This document shows positions 21,801 to 33,800 of a stretch of DNA of 64,000 bases, piece after piece (position 1 is the first letter of the stretch; every line of letters starts with the position of its first letter). The notes beneath the pieces are model-generated. The model worked only from the letters and a program-made list of their open reading frames with translations, was not told the DNA's origin and ran no database searches. The stretch covers positions 124,001 to 188,000 of the forward strand of contig JAYWIR010000099.1 of the NCBI GenBank assembly GCA_036172245.1. The letters are read 5' to 3'. The position numbers were made by a program, and so were the translations under genes. This stretch comes from Raillietiella orientalis. Lineage: Eukaryota.

Positions 21801-24800
21801 CTTTTGACACGGTTGAACTCCTCCCGAGGGCGCGTGTCAGCTCGTCAGGTTAGGAGGGTCACCCCACAGGGACCACCATGTGAATCCAGGAAGCGTTCCG
21901 GAGGGAGCGGTCCGTCCGTCCCTCTTACGCTTGGGAGGGGAACCTGGAAGAGAACCCCCACCCTGGTTGTCTCCGAAGGGAACCAGCAAAGGAACTGTCC
22001 CTTCTTTGCTCCTCCTAGAAAGAGAACCCCGAAGGGGCGCTTTCCGATTTCCGTGGAGGATCGCCCTCTGAAGGGAGCAGCGGGCTTCTTGACACTCTGG
22101 GGAAGCGACCGGCCCATTGAGGGGGGTATCAACCACCTCCACGGACGCTTCCATTTTCACGACTGGGGGGCTCAGGAACCGGCTCTTTGGTTCCTGGAAG
22201 GACCCCGGATGGTCGAATTCCGACTCCGGCCAGTCAACGAAGGAATCCGGCTTCCACCAGTGCTACCGAGGCGAGCCCTGCTGGTCTGAGTGACAGATCC
22301 CTGAAGGTTCCTTTTCGAATCCATAAGTAACGTGGCAGGATCAAACGTACTGCCACAAACGTGTATGTTTATTTCTTATCAATAAACGCCTCAGCGTGAC
22401 CAGGTATCAACCAGGGCTGCGCCCGAATACAGGAGGCCGACCAGCACTATCTCGCGGGAGAACTCGAAACTCGCTATGCGCTCCGCCTTTACCTTCCTCC
22501 GGAGCTAGATGCCGTGCGTGCGGGGCCGCGGCCACGTGACCTCCGCAGCCAGCGATTTGCTGAAGTCAGATTACCTCGAGAAGGTGTTTCGCTCGAGCAA
22601 GAAAGCTGGGCGACGGTCGAACGATCAGCGACGGCGTCACGTCATTAAAAGCCGGTCCCCGGGCAGCCATCAGCAGGCAGAGTTTCGTCGTTCGCGCGGA
22701 GGGCAAGGAGTTGCCTCTCTTGCTGGGAAGAGCTGGCGAAGCTGCCCGAACGAACCTGTTCGAAAGGGGGAACGAGAGAGAGGAGACGGAGATGCGAAGC
22801 TCTCCAGTCTCTTCTTCCTTGGGGAAAACGACGCGAACGCAGCAGCGCTCCGCGGCGAAATTCGGAGCCGACTCGAAAAACGGTGGGTAACTGCCCTCGC
22901 GTCCCTAGAGTCCCCCCTCCCCCCCCCGGGCCTTCTGGGAGAGGAAGGCTCGCGACCGCAAGACTCCAGGAGTTCTCGAGGCGCAGCACGCGTCAGGCGG
23001 GGGGTTACGATGAAGGAGTCGCTCAGCGAGAGAGCACCGAGGACGGCGGCGTTTCGAGCTCCATCCAGCGGGGGCGGCGGCGGTGAATCGCCGTTCCTGG
23101 AGACCCCCCGTTGCGCGCCGGAATACGGGGACGAACCGAAGGTCGCAAGCGGTGTGCGGGACAGGATGCGATCTAGGAACGGGAAGCTGGTCGGCTTTCG
23201 CGTGGAATTTCGAGAGCCCGAGAGGGAGGTGCACCCGCCTCGCAACTCTCGTCCCCCCCCCCACCCTTCCTCCTTCCGCGGCTGACAAGCGCGAAGACCC
23301 TCCACTCCTCTTTCGTTCCAGGAAAGCCTCCAGACTTCTGGCTTTCGGAATCACGATCTTCATGATTGTGCTGCTGCTGGTCGGCGTGAAGAAGTACCTG
23401 ATATTCAACAACGTCTTGAACGCCATGAACCTGGCAGCGTGGTCTTTCGTGCTGGCGGCCGGGTTCTCTTTCGTGGATGGTAGGAACTGGACCGAGCACG
23501 GTGGCTTCCTGCCTTACGGCTGGTCTGGGGTGAGTGACTCCAGATCACGGCATCGCCCCCATCCCCGCAATCCGAGGACCCTCCCTGCATCCTCTTCTTG
23601 CAATGGCAGCAGCGCCTTGCAGCGACGAGCTGCCGTTGGAGGCAGCGAGTCCGAAGCGGCCTGCATGACCGTCAGGGAGACGAGCGGCAGGTCGACGCTG
23701 GATGCGGGAAAAGCGAACCCCTCGACCTCCGCCACGTGCGCTCTCCGCGGCCACGGTCCCCGCACCGTGTCGGACGACGCATCTGCTCGGCGGACGTCCG
23801 GTCCCCGGAAACGCGAAAACAGTGCTTCGGAAAGGAACGCCAGTGATTGGACTGAGATCTCCGGACGCCTTCGCCCGCCTCCCAAACCTTGGCGAGGCGT
23901 GCCATTGGGGAGGCTGAAAGAACCGTTCACGTAGGCGGGAGCGCAAACGGATGGTTCTTGCGCTGGCAAGCGAGGCCGCGCTCGATGGAAAGTGAGGAAG
24001 GTGCGCTATGTCGAAGGGGAAGGGTCCCCATGCCCCCAGATCGCGGGCCTCCGTCCATCCTCGACCCGATCTCTCTCGATGTTTACGCGAAACCGGGGCA
24101 ACCCGACTCGGAAAGGAAACGAGCGCGTTGCTCGAGGGAAAACAGCGGACCCATTGATCCAGGCACGCGTCGGTGGGAGCAGAGGAGACTCCCGCCTCGA
24201 GCATGTTGAAGCCCCAAACGAAGGCGCAAAATCTAGGCGGGTCACGCCACTCCGAGTGTCCTGCACCCGACCTGCACATCCACTCGACCCCCTCAGTGTC
24301 CAGGCTAACGGAATCTGATTCAGTGACTTCAGTGGGTGCTCTTCGCCGACCTCGAGAAGTCGTTAATCCGGTGGTCACAGGGTGCAGGTCCCAGTGCGTG
24401 TCTTTTCGACCCCGAAGCGCGCGAGAGTTTGTTCCGACGTTCGAAAACACAAGTGGACACGTTGGGAGCTGTTCCCAGGCTCCGGGAGCTCTTCGAAGCG
24501 ACGGGTCAAATCCCCTTAAGAAGCACCCCTTTGAGGAACAGACCAACGACTTCCTCGAAGGACATCGTAAAGTACGAATGTCTTTTGTAGCTGCTGGGAT
24601 AAAAATGTTGACAAAGAGGAAGAAATCGACTCTTAATAAAGATAATCTTCCATGTATCGCAGGAGACGGAACCAGATTTTCTTAGAAAAAAATCTCTAAA
24701 AAAATGAAAGGAAAAAAAAGAAAGGATTTTGAAGTCTCCTGTCAAGAAGACACTTTCCATAGCAATGAAAAAATTGAGCGTGGAGAAGCTTCGCATCCTC

Positions 24801-27800
24801 AGTTACTTCGGAAGGAACGCGCCAGAATTTCTTTCTCCAGCCTGGAATGGGTCGCTGCTCCAGAAGAGATCTACGCGGTCCTCAGAGCTCCCCAAGACTT
24901 TCCGCGTCCTTCTATCCTGCCGCCCCGCCGTCGAAAAGCTGGCTTCCGCATCCGCAGCGGACGCCCAGGGAACCCATCTGGGAGTCAGGAAATGTGGCGC
25001 ACTCAAGATGGCCACCGCAACGCTCAGAAGTCGGCTCGACGGAAGAGCGGGAAACGCACGAATGGAGGGCAACTGTTTTCAAGATGGACTGGAACGCCCA
25101 GCGCCTCACCGCTTCCTTCCAGCTGCGCCGGCGCCATGCTCCCAGCAACGAAAGACATGCACTTATCGCGGAGAGGATTCGTACACGAGCACCGTTCTTC
25201 TGTTCCCTCAGCTGTACGGAAACGGAATGAGGGAGTCGACTTTCCAGCAAGGCGTCGGTTGACGCAGCCGCCGACCATCCTCGCAGCCTCATTTGACTTT
25301 CTGATGCCTTTCGAGGACACGAATCTGGCCGCTGCAGCTGTTTTCAGCTAGGTGATGCAGTCGGTTCTCGAGACGCACATTTGGTGTACCAGTTCAATGA
25401 GTCACTGTGAACGCTGGCTGTCTGCGGCCCGCGTTGGCACCCTTCGGTTGAGAAAATAGAGCCGTTCTCTCCTCAGGAGGACCCTCCATCGCGTACCATG
25501 GAACCGGTTGATACCACCCTCGGAGTGAGTCTTAAGGAGCGCGATGCTCCCTTCGGGGAGCACCCTTCAGAGAAATCGGGAAGCGTCCCTTCGGGGTTCT
25601 CTTCAGAGGAGCAAAAACAAGGAATGGTTCCTTTACGGATTCACTCCGGCGATGAAATAACGGAGCGACCCCTTCCGGGGATCTCTCATGAGACGATGAG
25701 GAAGAGGCCACCGTAACAAGCGCGAGAGGAACGGATTTCTTCCTCTTGATCCTTCCAGTGTCCATTGGGAGGTCCCTCCAGGTAGCCCCCTAACTTGAAG
25801 AATGGCACGCATCTCTGGATGGCGTGGACACCGTTAAAGAGTTTTGTGAGCCCCTCCCGAAGGAGGCGAACAGTTCTTCAGCACTCCTTGCTAACCAAAG
25901 AAAAACGAAGAAGAAAAACCTGAAAGGAAAGCCTATTAGGGGGCCGAGGACGCGGGCATTTTCTCTCTTTTTCGTTTTTTGCCAACGATTCTGGTGCCCA
26001 TCGGGATGGGAAGAGCGGCGACAGTTGTGTTGCAGCAGACTGAAACTAACTCTGAGCTCTCGTCACAGGCGTCCGATGGTGCCCGCCAATCAAAATCGGC
26101 GGAACCGTTTTCGGCGCACGCCGCTTTCTCCCCCGAACAGTTGAAGCGAGCGTGGATTGCAGTGTTTAGCGCGGTCTTTTGGGCACGGCGGCTACTATGC
26201 TGAAAAATTTCCGGGAGCAGTCGCGATGGTGTCGATAGGGATCGAAGGTTTGGCTGGCGGATCCCCCAGCGGTCAGAAGGACAGGGAAAGGTGGGTTCTG
26301 CACAGCGCAGACGGACAGGAGTCGCTGAGACGGCTCCGCGATCCCTCATGAGGAACCGCTCCGACTGCCCAGTCTTCTTAGAAACACCCAGAGCTCGGTC
26401 GATGAAGCAGTTCATCACTGAACGACAGACAGAAGACAGCAACTATTCCCTTGCCGAACACGTTGACCCCCGTTTACTCCTCCTCCTGCTTTCCTGATGG
26501 AAGAGGAAACCATGGAATAGCCTGGGAAGGACTGTTCTGGAAAGAGATGCGAAAGCGGGACCGTAGGTGAGTAGAAGAGCTGTCGAGCGAGCGCGAGCAA
26601 AGAATACTCGAGACGCCTCGGGCAAGAGAAGATGTTTGTCCACACCGAACGACGCGGATGGCACCAGTAGGCAAGACAAGCCGAAGCGACGGAACCTCAC
26701 ACTCGACAAGCTGGCAGTCAGCCTTGCGCGCACATGGCGTTGCCACCGGGACATCGTTCCATGCAGTCTGGAGGAATCCCTCCAACTCGAGGGACGCGTC
26801 GGTTCCCGTCCCGTGGAAGAGATCCTGCGCCTTCAGGCGAGCTATCCCCGAATCCGCGAGCACCCGTTCTCGTGGACCCTCTGCCGCGGACGAAAGCAGC
26901 TGCAGATCGCCAACCGGACAGGAAACGTCCGGAACTGCCACGCTCCGAGTCGGAGCGTCCTGGCGCGGATCATTTCCGGTCACGATTCTGCGACCCCACA
27001 GCGGGTTCGAGGGTCCGGCGGCTTGAGATCCCCACCAGCCTGGAATAGGCCGTTTCGCCCCGCGGAAATGCACGCCTCCCGTTCACTCACTGAGGAAACA
27101 TCAAAATTTACGTAGTGGCGTCCCGTCACTTTGTCCACGCACCTTTCAGATGCATTTTCCTGGCCAGACGGGCTTCGAGGTTTCCGACGGTTATTCGAGA
27201 ACATGACTCAGGTGTGCACAGCAGGTTGCTCCGAGGCAGCAGAGAGTGCGTTCAAAGTAGGGCAGCACCGGCGAAGAACTGTTCCGTCAACTGCGAAAGT
27301 CTTCCGCCTTTTCCCGCCAAGTCGAGTGAATTGGCAACAGCGGCAGGCCGATTCGGCCGGCTGCAAGATGTGCTTGCGCGCGTTCTCCGGCTGCTGCCAT
27401 CTCCGCATTCCGACCCAGAATGGAAGAGCCGGTCCTTCTGAGTAAAGACGAGGACTTCACCGCGTCCGGAGTCCATCGAAAGGCTTTTCCGGAAACAGCG
27501 TGGAAATCTTGGGTAACATGGATGCGAGGGAGAAAGTAAACAAGGGAAGAGAGAATCAAAAGAGCTTAGCAAGCTCACGAGTCCTGCTTCACGTACCTGC
27601 TAGAACCTGTTGCCTGGTGTTCCTCAAATCAAGCTTTCTGAAGGGTGGTTCTCATCCGGTGCAACCCGGAGCTTCACCTCAGCCCGAAAGGACTCATCAC
27701 AGGGACTCGAAAGGGACAACGGACGGGGGAGCACGAGATAAACTTCCAACGTGCACCGAATCTGAATTTCTGGACATCGGAGCAGGAATAAACGGGCGTA

Positions 27801-30800
27801 GGCGTTACTCCTGGGAAGAGCGAAGAGTGAAGCCCGGACGAACGCACCCTTGTCCTTCACGAGTCAACAGCAGTCGCGTTACCGGGGCAACGCTTCGGCG
27901 GTGCGCTTCGGCTTCGCGTCTGGGCCGGCAGTCGGCAACGGGCGGGCGTTCCGCTCGTCGGACGTCCGTGGTGCCACGAAAGCACCCCCGCAAGGCGCTT
28001 CGAGAAAGTCGTGCCGACTTCCACGCACGTTCGCAGTGGCTCACGGCGGCCGTGATGCGTGAGCCACAGGGTGTCGCCGTGGTTCCTCAGGGCGGCAAAG
28101 TGCGGAGCGAACCTCTCCACGGACACGGCGGCTCGTACGGCTTTCGCAATTGCATTGGGACGACATCAACAGCAAGGTATCTGGAAAAAAGTATCATCCC
28201 ACCTCGTATTATCTCCTATATTCGTGAATACGACTCTTTCCCCCTGCCCACAGTGCGGCGGGAAAGTGACGTCACCTCTGGTACGAAGACGTCAATCAGC
28301 CCCGTGAGACGCTGCGGGGAAACTTCCATTTCGTGTCCGTTATTAGAAAAAAGAGAGAGAGAGAGAGAAGTGCAAAGGCCTGATCTAATCAGGTTGAATT
28401 GTTTTATTCAGGCTTTCGTCGATAAAATACCTCACGAAGGCGCAGCTTCCAACGGCAACAACGCTAGAGCTGGTGCTGCAGTGTCGTTTCGATTGATTGA
28501 ATAGCATTAAAAGCGTCTTTCTCCTTCTTTTGGCCTGGAGTTAAATAAAAAACAAGCACCTTCAATTTTTCCCCTCTCTTCCTTGGAGGGGAGTGGACAT
28601 TCAGCTGCCGGGACGTTTAGGATATCGTAGATACTATCTCGGGGCTTGTATAACGCGAAGCTCCCGCCTTATACGAAGCCTCGCTGCAACTCGCCCGTTG
28701 GAAAAGGCTCCTTCGGTGTGAACGTCGTGCAACAGCGGTCGGGGGAGGACATGCACGGCGGTGCTCGCGGCATGAGCAGCCAGAGCTCTTGGATTGGATT
28801 GCCGCATCCGAACCGCGGAAACTCGCTTTCGGATCGAACGGAGGAAAAAGGTCAAACACGGGAAGGCGGATGGCCGCTTGCGATGCGACATCCTGCGAGG
28901 CGGGAAGAGAAGGTCGCGAGCTGGTCCGCTGCCAACCACGGAGCGGTTCGACCGCCTCGACCGGTCGCGCCGTAACCGCTGATCCAAGACGATGACTCCG
29001 GTGAGAAACGGACCGCTCCTGCTTGCAAGAGGGAGATGCCCCGAGGCAGACGCGAAACGGAAGCCGGAACGGAAGCCTCGCTCCAGTCAGGAAGGCAGCA
29101 GCGAGCTCGAACATTCTCCACGCTCGCGCCTGCCCCAGGGTGGAAGGGAGGGGAAAGGGAGACCGTGGTGGGGCGTCTCGTAGCACTCGAAGGAACTTCC
29201 CGAAAGACATTCGCTGCGCACCTTTTCGTTCCTGCCGCCTCTTCGAGCGCGCCGCAATCGCAGCATGACGAGATGCGCGGAGGACTTCCCGACCGTTCCC
29301 TTTCCGCCGGAAGGCGACGCTCTGGAAGCGAATTTTTCTCCCTTCCGGGAGCAAATCCAGCAACGGTCAGCGCTCGCGCGTGCAACGACCTTCCGCTTCC
29401 AGGTGTTTTCCGGAGCGGCCACCTGCTTCTACGCCTTCATCGGCTTCGACATCATCGCCACCACTGGGGAGGAGGCGAGGAACCCCAGGAAATCCATCCC
29501 TCTGGCGATCGTGTCCAGCTTGTCCGTCGTCCTCCTGATGTACGTCAGCTCCTCCTTCGTCATCACCCTGACTGGTGAGACGCTCCGGCGGATGCACTCA
29601 ATGCGTTCCTCATAGTCCCCTACGAGAGAGTGTCTCCCAGCTCCGCGCTGATAGAAATCTGGAAGGACGTCGGGGCCCCCATGTGCCAAAGAGTCGTCGC
29701 CATTGGCGCCATAGCCGGTCTTACGGTCAGCATGTTCGGATCCATGTTCCCCCTCCCAAGGGTGGTGTACGCCATGGCGAAAGACGGGCTGATATTCCGG
29801 TGGGACGCTGCGCGAGGCGCGAGCCGACCTCGACCGCCGAGAGTTTCAGGTCTCTGTCCAAGGTGAGCCAGCTGACCAACACGCCTGCGGTGTCCACGAC
29901 GGTGTTCGGTTGCTTCGCTGCGATCACCGCTTTGCTCGTGCCTCTGGAAATCCTTGTGGAGATGATGTCCATCGGTAAGCAAGCGCACCTCCTTTCCTTC
30001 CAACGACCGTCAGCGCCTCGCCTCGTCCGAGCGCGCCGGTTCCGTTTCCCCACACGCGCGAGGGTGGCGCCAAGGTGGAGCTTTCCACGTCGATAGACAT
30101 CCAGACAGGAGGGAGAACTTCCGAGTATGGTATCGAAGGAGGTTCTCGTGAAGGAACTCATGAAGCAACGCACTCCGTTTTCATTCTGTAGCGTGAAGCG
30201 CCGCCTCCCGTTTCAAACACTAGCGAAATATTCAGCAACCTGCAGAGATGTAGAGAAAAGCCATCACGGAAAACTTCAACTGGACGTGCAACCCGTGCGA
30301 TCGCTGAGTAGGAGAAGAAAGAGAAAAAAAACCGTAAGAGTTGGAAGAACGCAAGAACGACGATGCCACCACCACTAAAACCATCAGTCAGCAGCCTGTT
30401 CTCCTGGGGAGGTCGCATGACGAAATCTGACTTCCGTTTCCGCCCCGGAACGCATGCTGAGAAGCGCTTCCTTCTGCTGTTTGCCGACGCTTTCCCGGAC
30501 CGCGGCAACCACAGGAGGGGTTCGGCCACCTTACCGACAGAACCAACTTTCTCGCTCAGCGAAGCGGCGTTTTCCACCATCCGACGGAAAGTCGCGAAGC
30601 TGGCAGAAGAAACGGACGCTGGCGTAGCGTGTCCAGTCCGCTCCCGAATCGCGCGTTGCTGCGGAGTGATTCTCGAGATGCGAAACGTCGCCAAGCACCC
30701 TCCTGCGGGTACCATAGCACCGCGTAGAGGCTCGTGGGAAACGCTCAGTTCGAGTCGTGCGCTTCAATCGCGCAGTCAGATAGGGCAGCACCGGCGCCGG

Positions 30801-33800
30801 ACAGCCGGGGAGGTCGCGAAGAAGGCACAGACCAAGTGCAGTGGCAACACCGCGCCACGCGCGATGCAAAACCGAACGCAGGAGGTCTTCTTCCCTCACG
30901 GCAAAGGCCAGCAGGGCTCGTGGACGGTCTGGAAGAAGTGTGCGGTCCGAAATGCGTGGCCGACCTGCATAGGTCAGGGGCGAGCGCAAGGGGTCTTTCG
31001 CAAAGGAGGCATGCGCGAAGAAACAGGGCCGCTGCTCTACTGCGGTGCGTCCTTGCCATAGCTGCCGAGTTCCCAGGATGCGTTTCTTCTTCCGTTCCAT
31101 CGATCCGTGGAGCTGCCTTGACCTTGACCTGCGTTCCTTTTCTCCTCCTCCTCGGGAGCGCCTCACGCCTCTTCACGAATCCCCCCGAGCAGGCATGCGA
31201 GGACGCGGTTTGTGCAGACGCACGCAGGGCGACGTTTCGCGCGTGCTCTTCCGCCGTGTCCAGCAAAGCCGGCAGACGTTGCGCATCGCGATGGACGCAG
31301 CGTCCGCAACGGCCCCTTCCACCGTAGGACGTAGCGTTCTGATCCTCGCGCGCCTGCGAAGACGCAGAGTACAGCCGCCGCTTGCTCCAGGAACGGAACT
31401 CGGGGCAACATCCTGCCATCCGCGAATCGGAAAACTCGATAAAAAATGCAAAAAGGGGACGAGAGCGTTTTTTATGTTTGTTTACTTTTAACGCCTGCGT
31501 CTCGGCAGGACAACCCCTTTTTTCCCCTGCTCCCCACCCCTCCTCGGCGCACCGCGGATTTCTCGCTGGCTGTCTTCCGGGTTCCTCCTTTGCGCCCGAA
31601 TCCTCGACGTTCTGGTTTCTGCGGGATGCAAGTCCCGCACGTCCTTCTCCCGAGTCCGTCGATCCCGTCCGTTCGCCACCGGCTCAAAGGTCGCACCAAC
31701 AATGCTGGGGACTCGACCTCACCGCGGGGCGAATCGCGGACCAAGGCCGACCGACTGGTCAATCGGCGCTGGGGACGATCCCTGCCCATCGCATTCTCCC
31801 CTTCACCTCGACATTCCTTCGCTCGAAGACGGACAGCGGGCGAAGCGGTAGGGGGAGGGCAGCAGTCAGGCTAAGTTCCCAAGGACCTGGCGCTAACCGG
31901 CAAATGCCTAGAGGGTTCCAGTCGCCTTGCCAGTGGGAAGCCACGCTCAGGGAACGTCGGCCGCCGAAGGATCGAACGCACGTGAGCCACAGACCACAAG
32001 GAAGAAGCACTTCCCCGTTGCGTCCCGGAGACACTCCCGGGACCCACGGAAACTCTTTCGCTCTTGCTGGGGTGGTCGGCACGCCAATGCCAAGATCACG
32101 TGTTCCTCGCCCGTCCATTTTTCCAAAGACAGGGGCCGCAACACCACCCGCGGAAACTCTTGCTCTCGCGGCTGCGGTCGGCGTCACCAACGCCGAGGTC
32201 ATCACGTGTTCCTCGCCCGCCCCGTTTCCGAAGACCGGGCTCACGAGACAGTCCGCAACACAGGGACTTCAGGACCGACCGATGAGGTGGTGGACGCCAT
32301 AGGAAGGTCTCTGCCTTTCTCGCAGCTCGGCTGACGCACGCCGTTGCCAAAAGATCAAAGGGGCTATGAAGAGGAAATGCTCACCCGGGGCGGGACAGCG
32401 ACCTCTTCGCCGGATGATTCCCCCCGCGTGAATACCCAAACTCGCTGCTCCCCTCGCTCTCTGCAGAGACCTGCAGTTGTTCCTGAACCCCACCCCCACC
32501 CCACTTTCCTCCTCTACTTCTGGCCCCAGAGAGGTGCGCTTCGTCTTTCAGCCCGCATTCCACTGCCTCGGCTGCGTGCCGACCGTCGGCGGGATGACGG
32601 ACGGACCAGCACCGCAGTCCCTGGATACTCCATCTTGCCATTCCGGGCCGTACAGCCCATCCCTCTGGCCGCGCAGACGCGATCCGCGGGCTGGAGCCAG
32701 CTCTCTCCGCGCGCGCGCGCGATGCGGAACGGCAGAGGTGGCCTCCCTGGCGTCTGCGAACCGAGTGCACCCCCCCGCTTTGCTTTGGTTCCTCTCCCCC
32801 TCTCCCTAGGAACCCTGCTGGCCTACACCCTCGTCAGCACCTGCGTACTGATCCTGCGCTACCAGCCGACCTCCAGAACGCTGCTGGAGTTCTTCCCGGA
32901 CCTGCTGAAGACGCCCGTCCCGGGCACGCCGTCCAGGTTCACCCCGTCCGAAGAGGAGGAAGATAGGCTCCCCTTCCCTCGGGGCACCTGCGGGAAAGCC
33001 AAGCCCGAAGGTGCCAAGGACGGCGTCCCGTTCCCGGAGGCGTTCCTGCCGAAGGAGGAGGCGCGCAGCTCGGCCGCGTTCCTGCTGCCCAACGAGCAGG
33101 TGACGGTGAAGCGGGTCTGCCGCAGCTCCGCGCAGTCCTCGGAGGACAGCGAGGAGAGCACTTCGAACGAGGACGGCTGCTACAGGGACGACGAGTTCCT
33201 GGTGTGCGGGGAGAAAGGCCGCAGCATCCCTCCGTTTTACAATTCCTTCCACCCCTACGGGCGACCCGACCGCCTCTCCTTCTGGGACAAGAACGTGAGG
33301 CTGCTGAGGTATCGCTACCCACTTCTGTTCTGCTGGGTCGAGAAGGGTCCAGCCACGGAGGAGAGCGGAAGATACGTGCTCAAAGTGGTTGCCGTCATGT
33401 ACGTCCTCATTGTGATCCTGGACATTGTTCTGGTGTGCACCGGTGGTGCAGGGGAGCGCATGAACTCGGCTGTGAAGGTGCTGGTGGCGACCATGGGGCT
33501 CGCGATTGCGGTCTGCATGGCGCTCATCTCCAGACGGCCGGAAAACAGGTGAGGCGCTACTCTCGGAGCTTTCTTTCGCAGCTGCAACTCTTTCGCTCTC
33601 GTGGGTGCGGTCGGCGTCATCCACGCCAAGGTCTCTTCGTTCCTCCGTCCATCCTTTCTTCTGAAGACCGGGCTGTTCCCCCTTCGCGACTCATCGCACC
33701 CAGGGTGGGTGGCGCCCATATCCCCGGCGCCAACCCGCATGATGGAGTGCTCGAAACGCCGGGCCCTTCTCCCTCAGTCGGATGCCAGGATCGAACGGGA

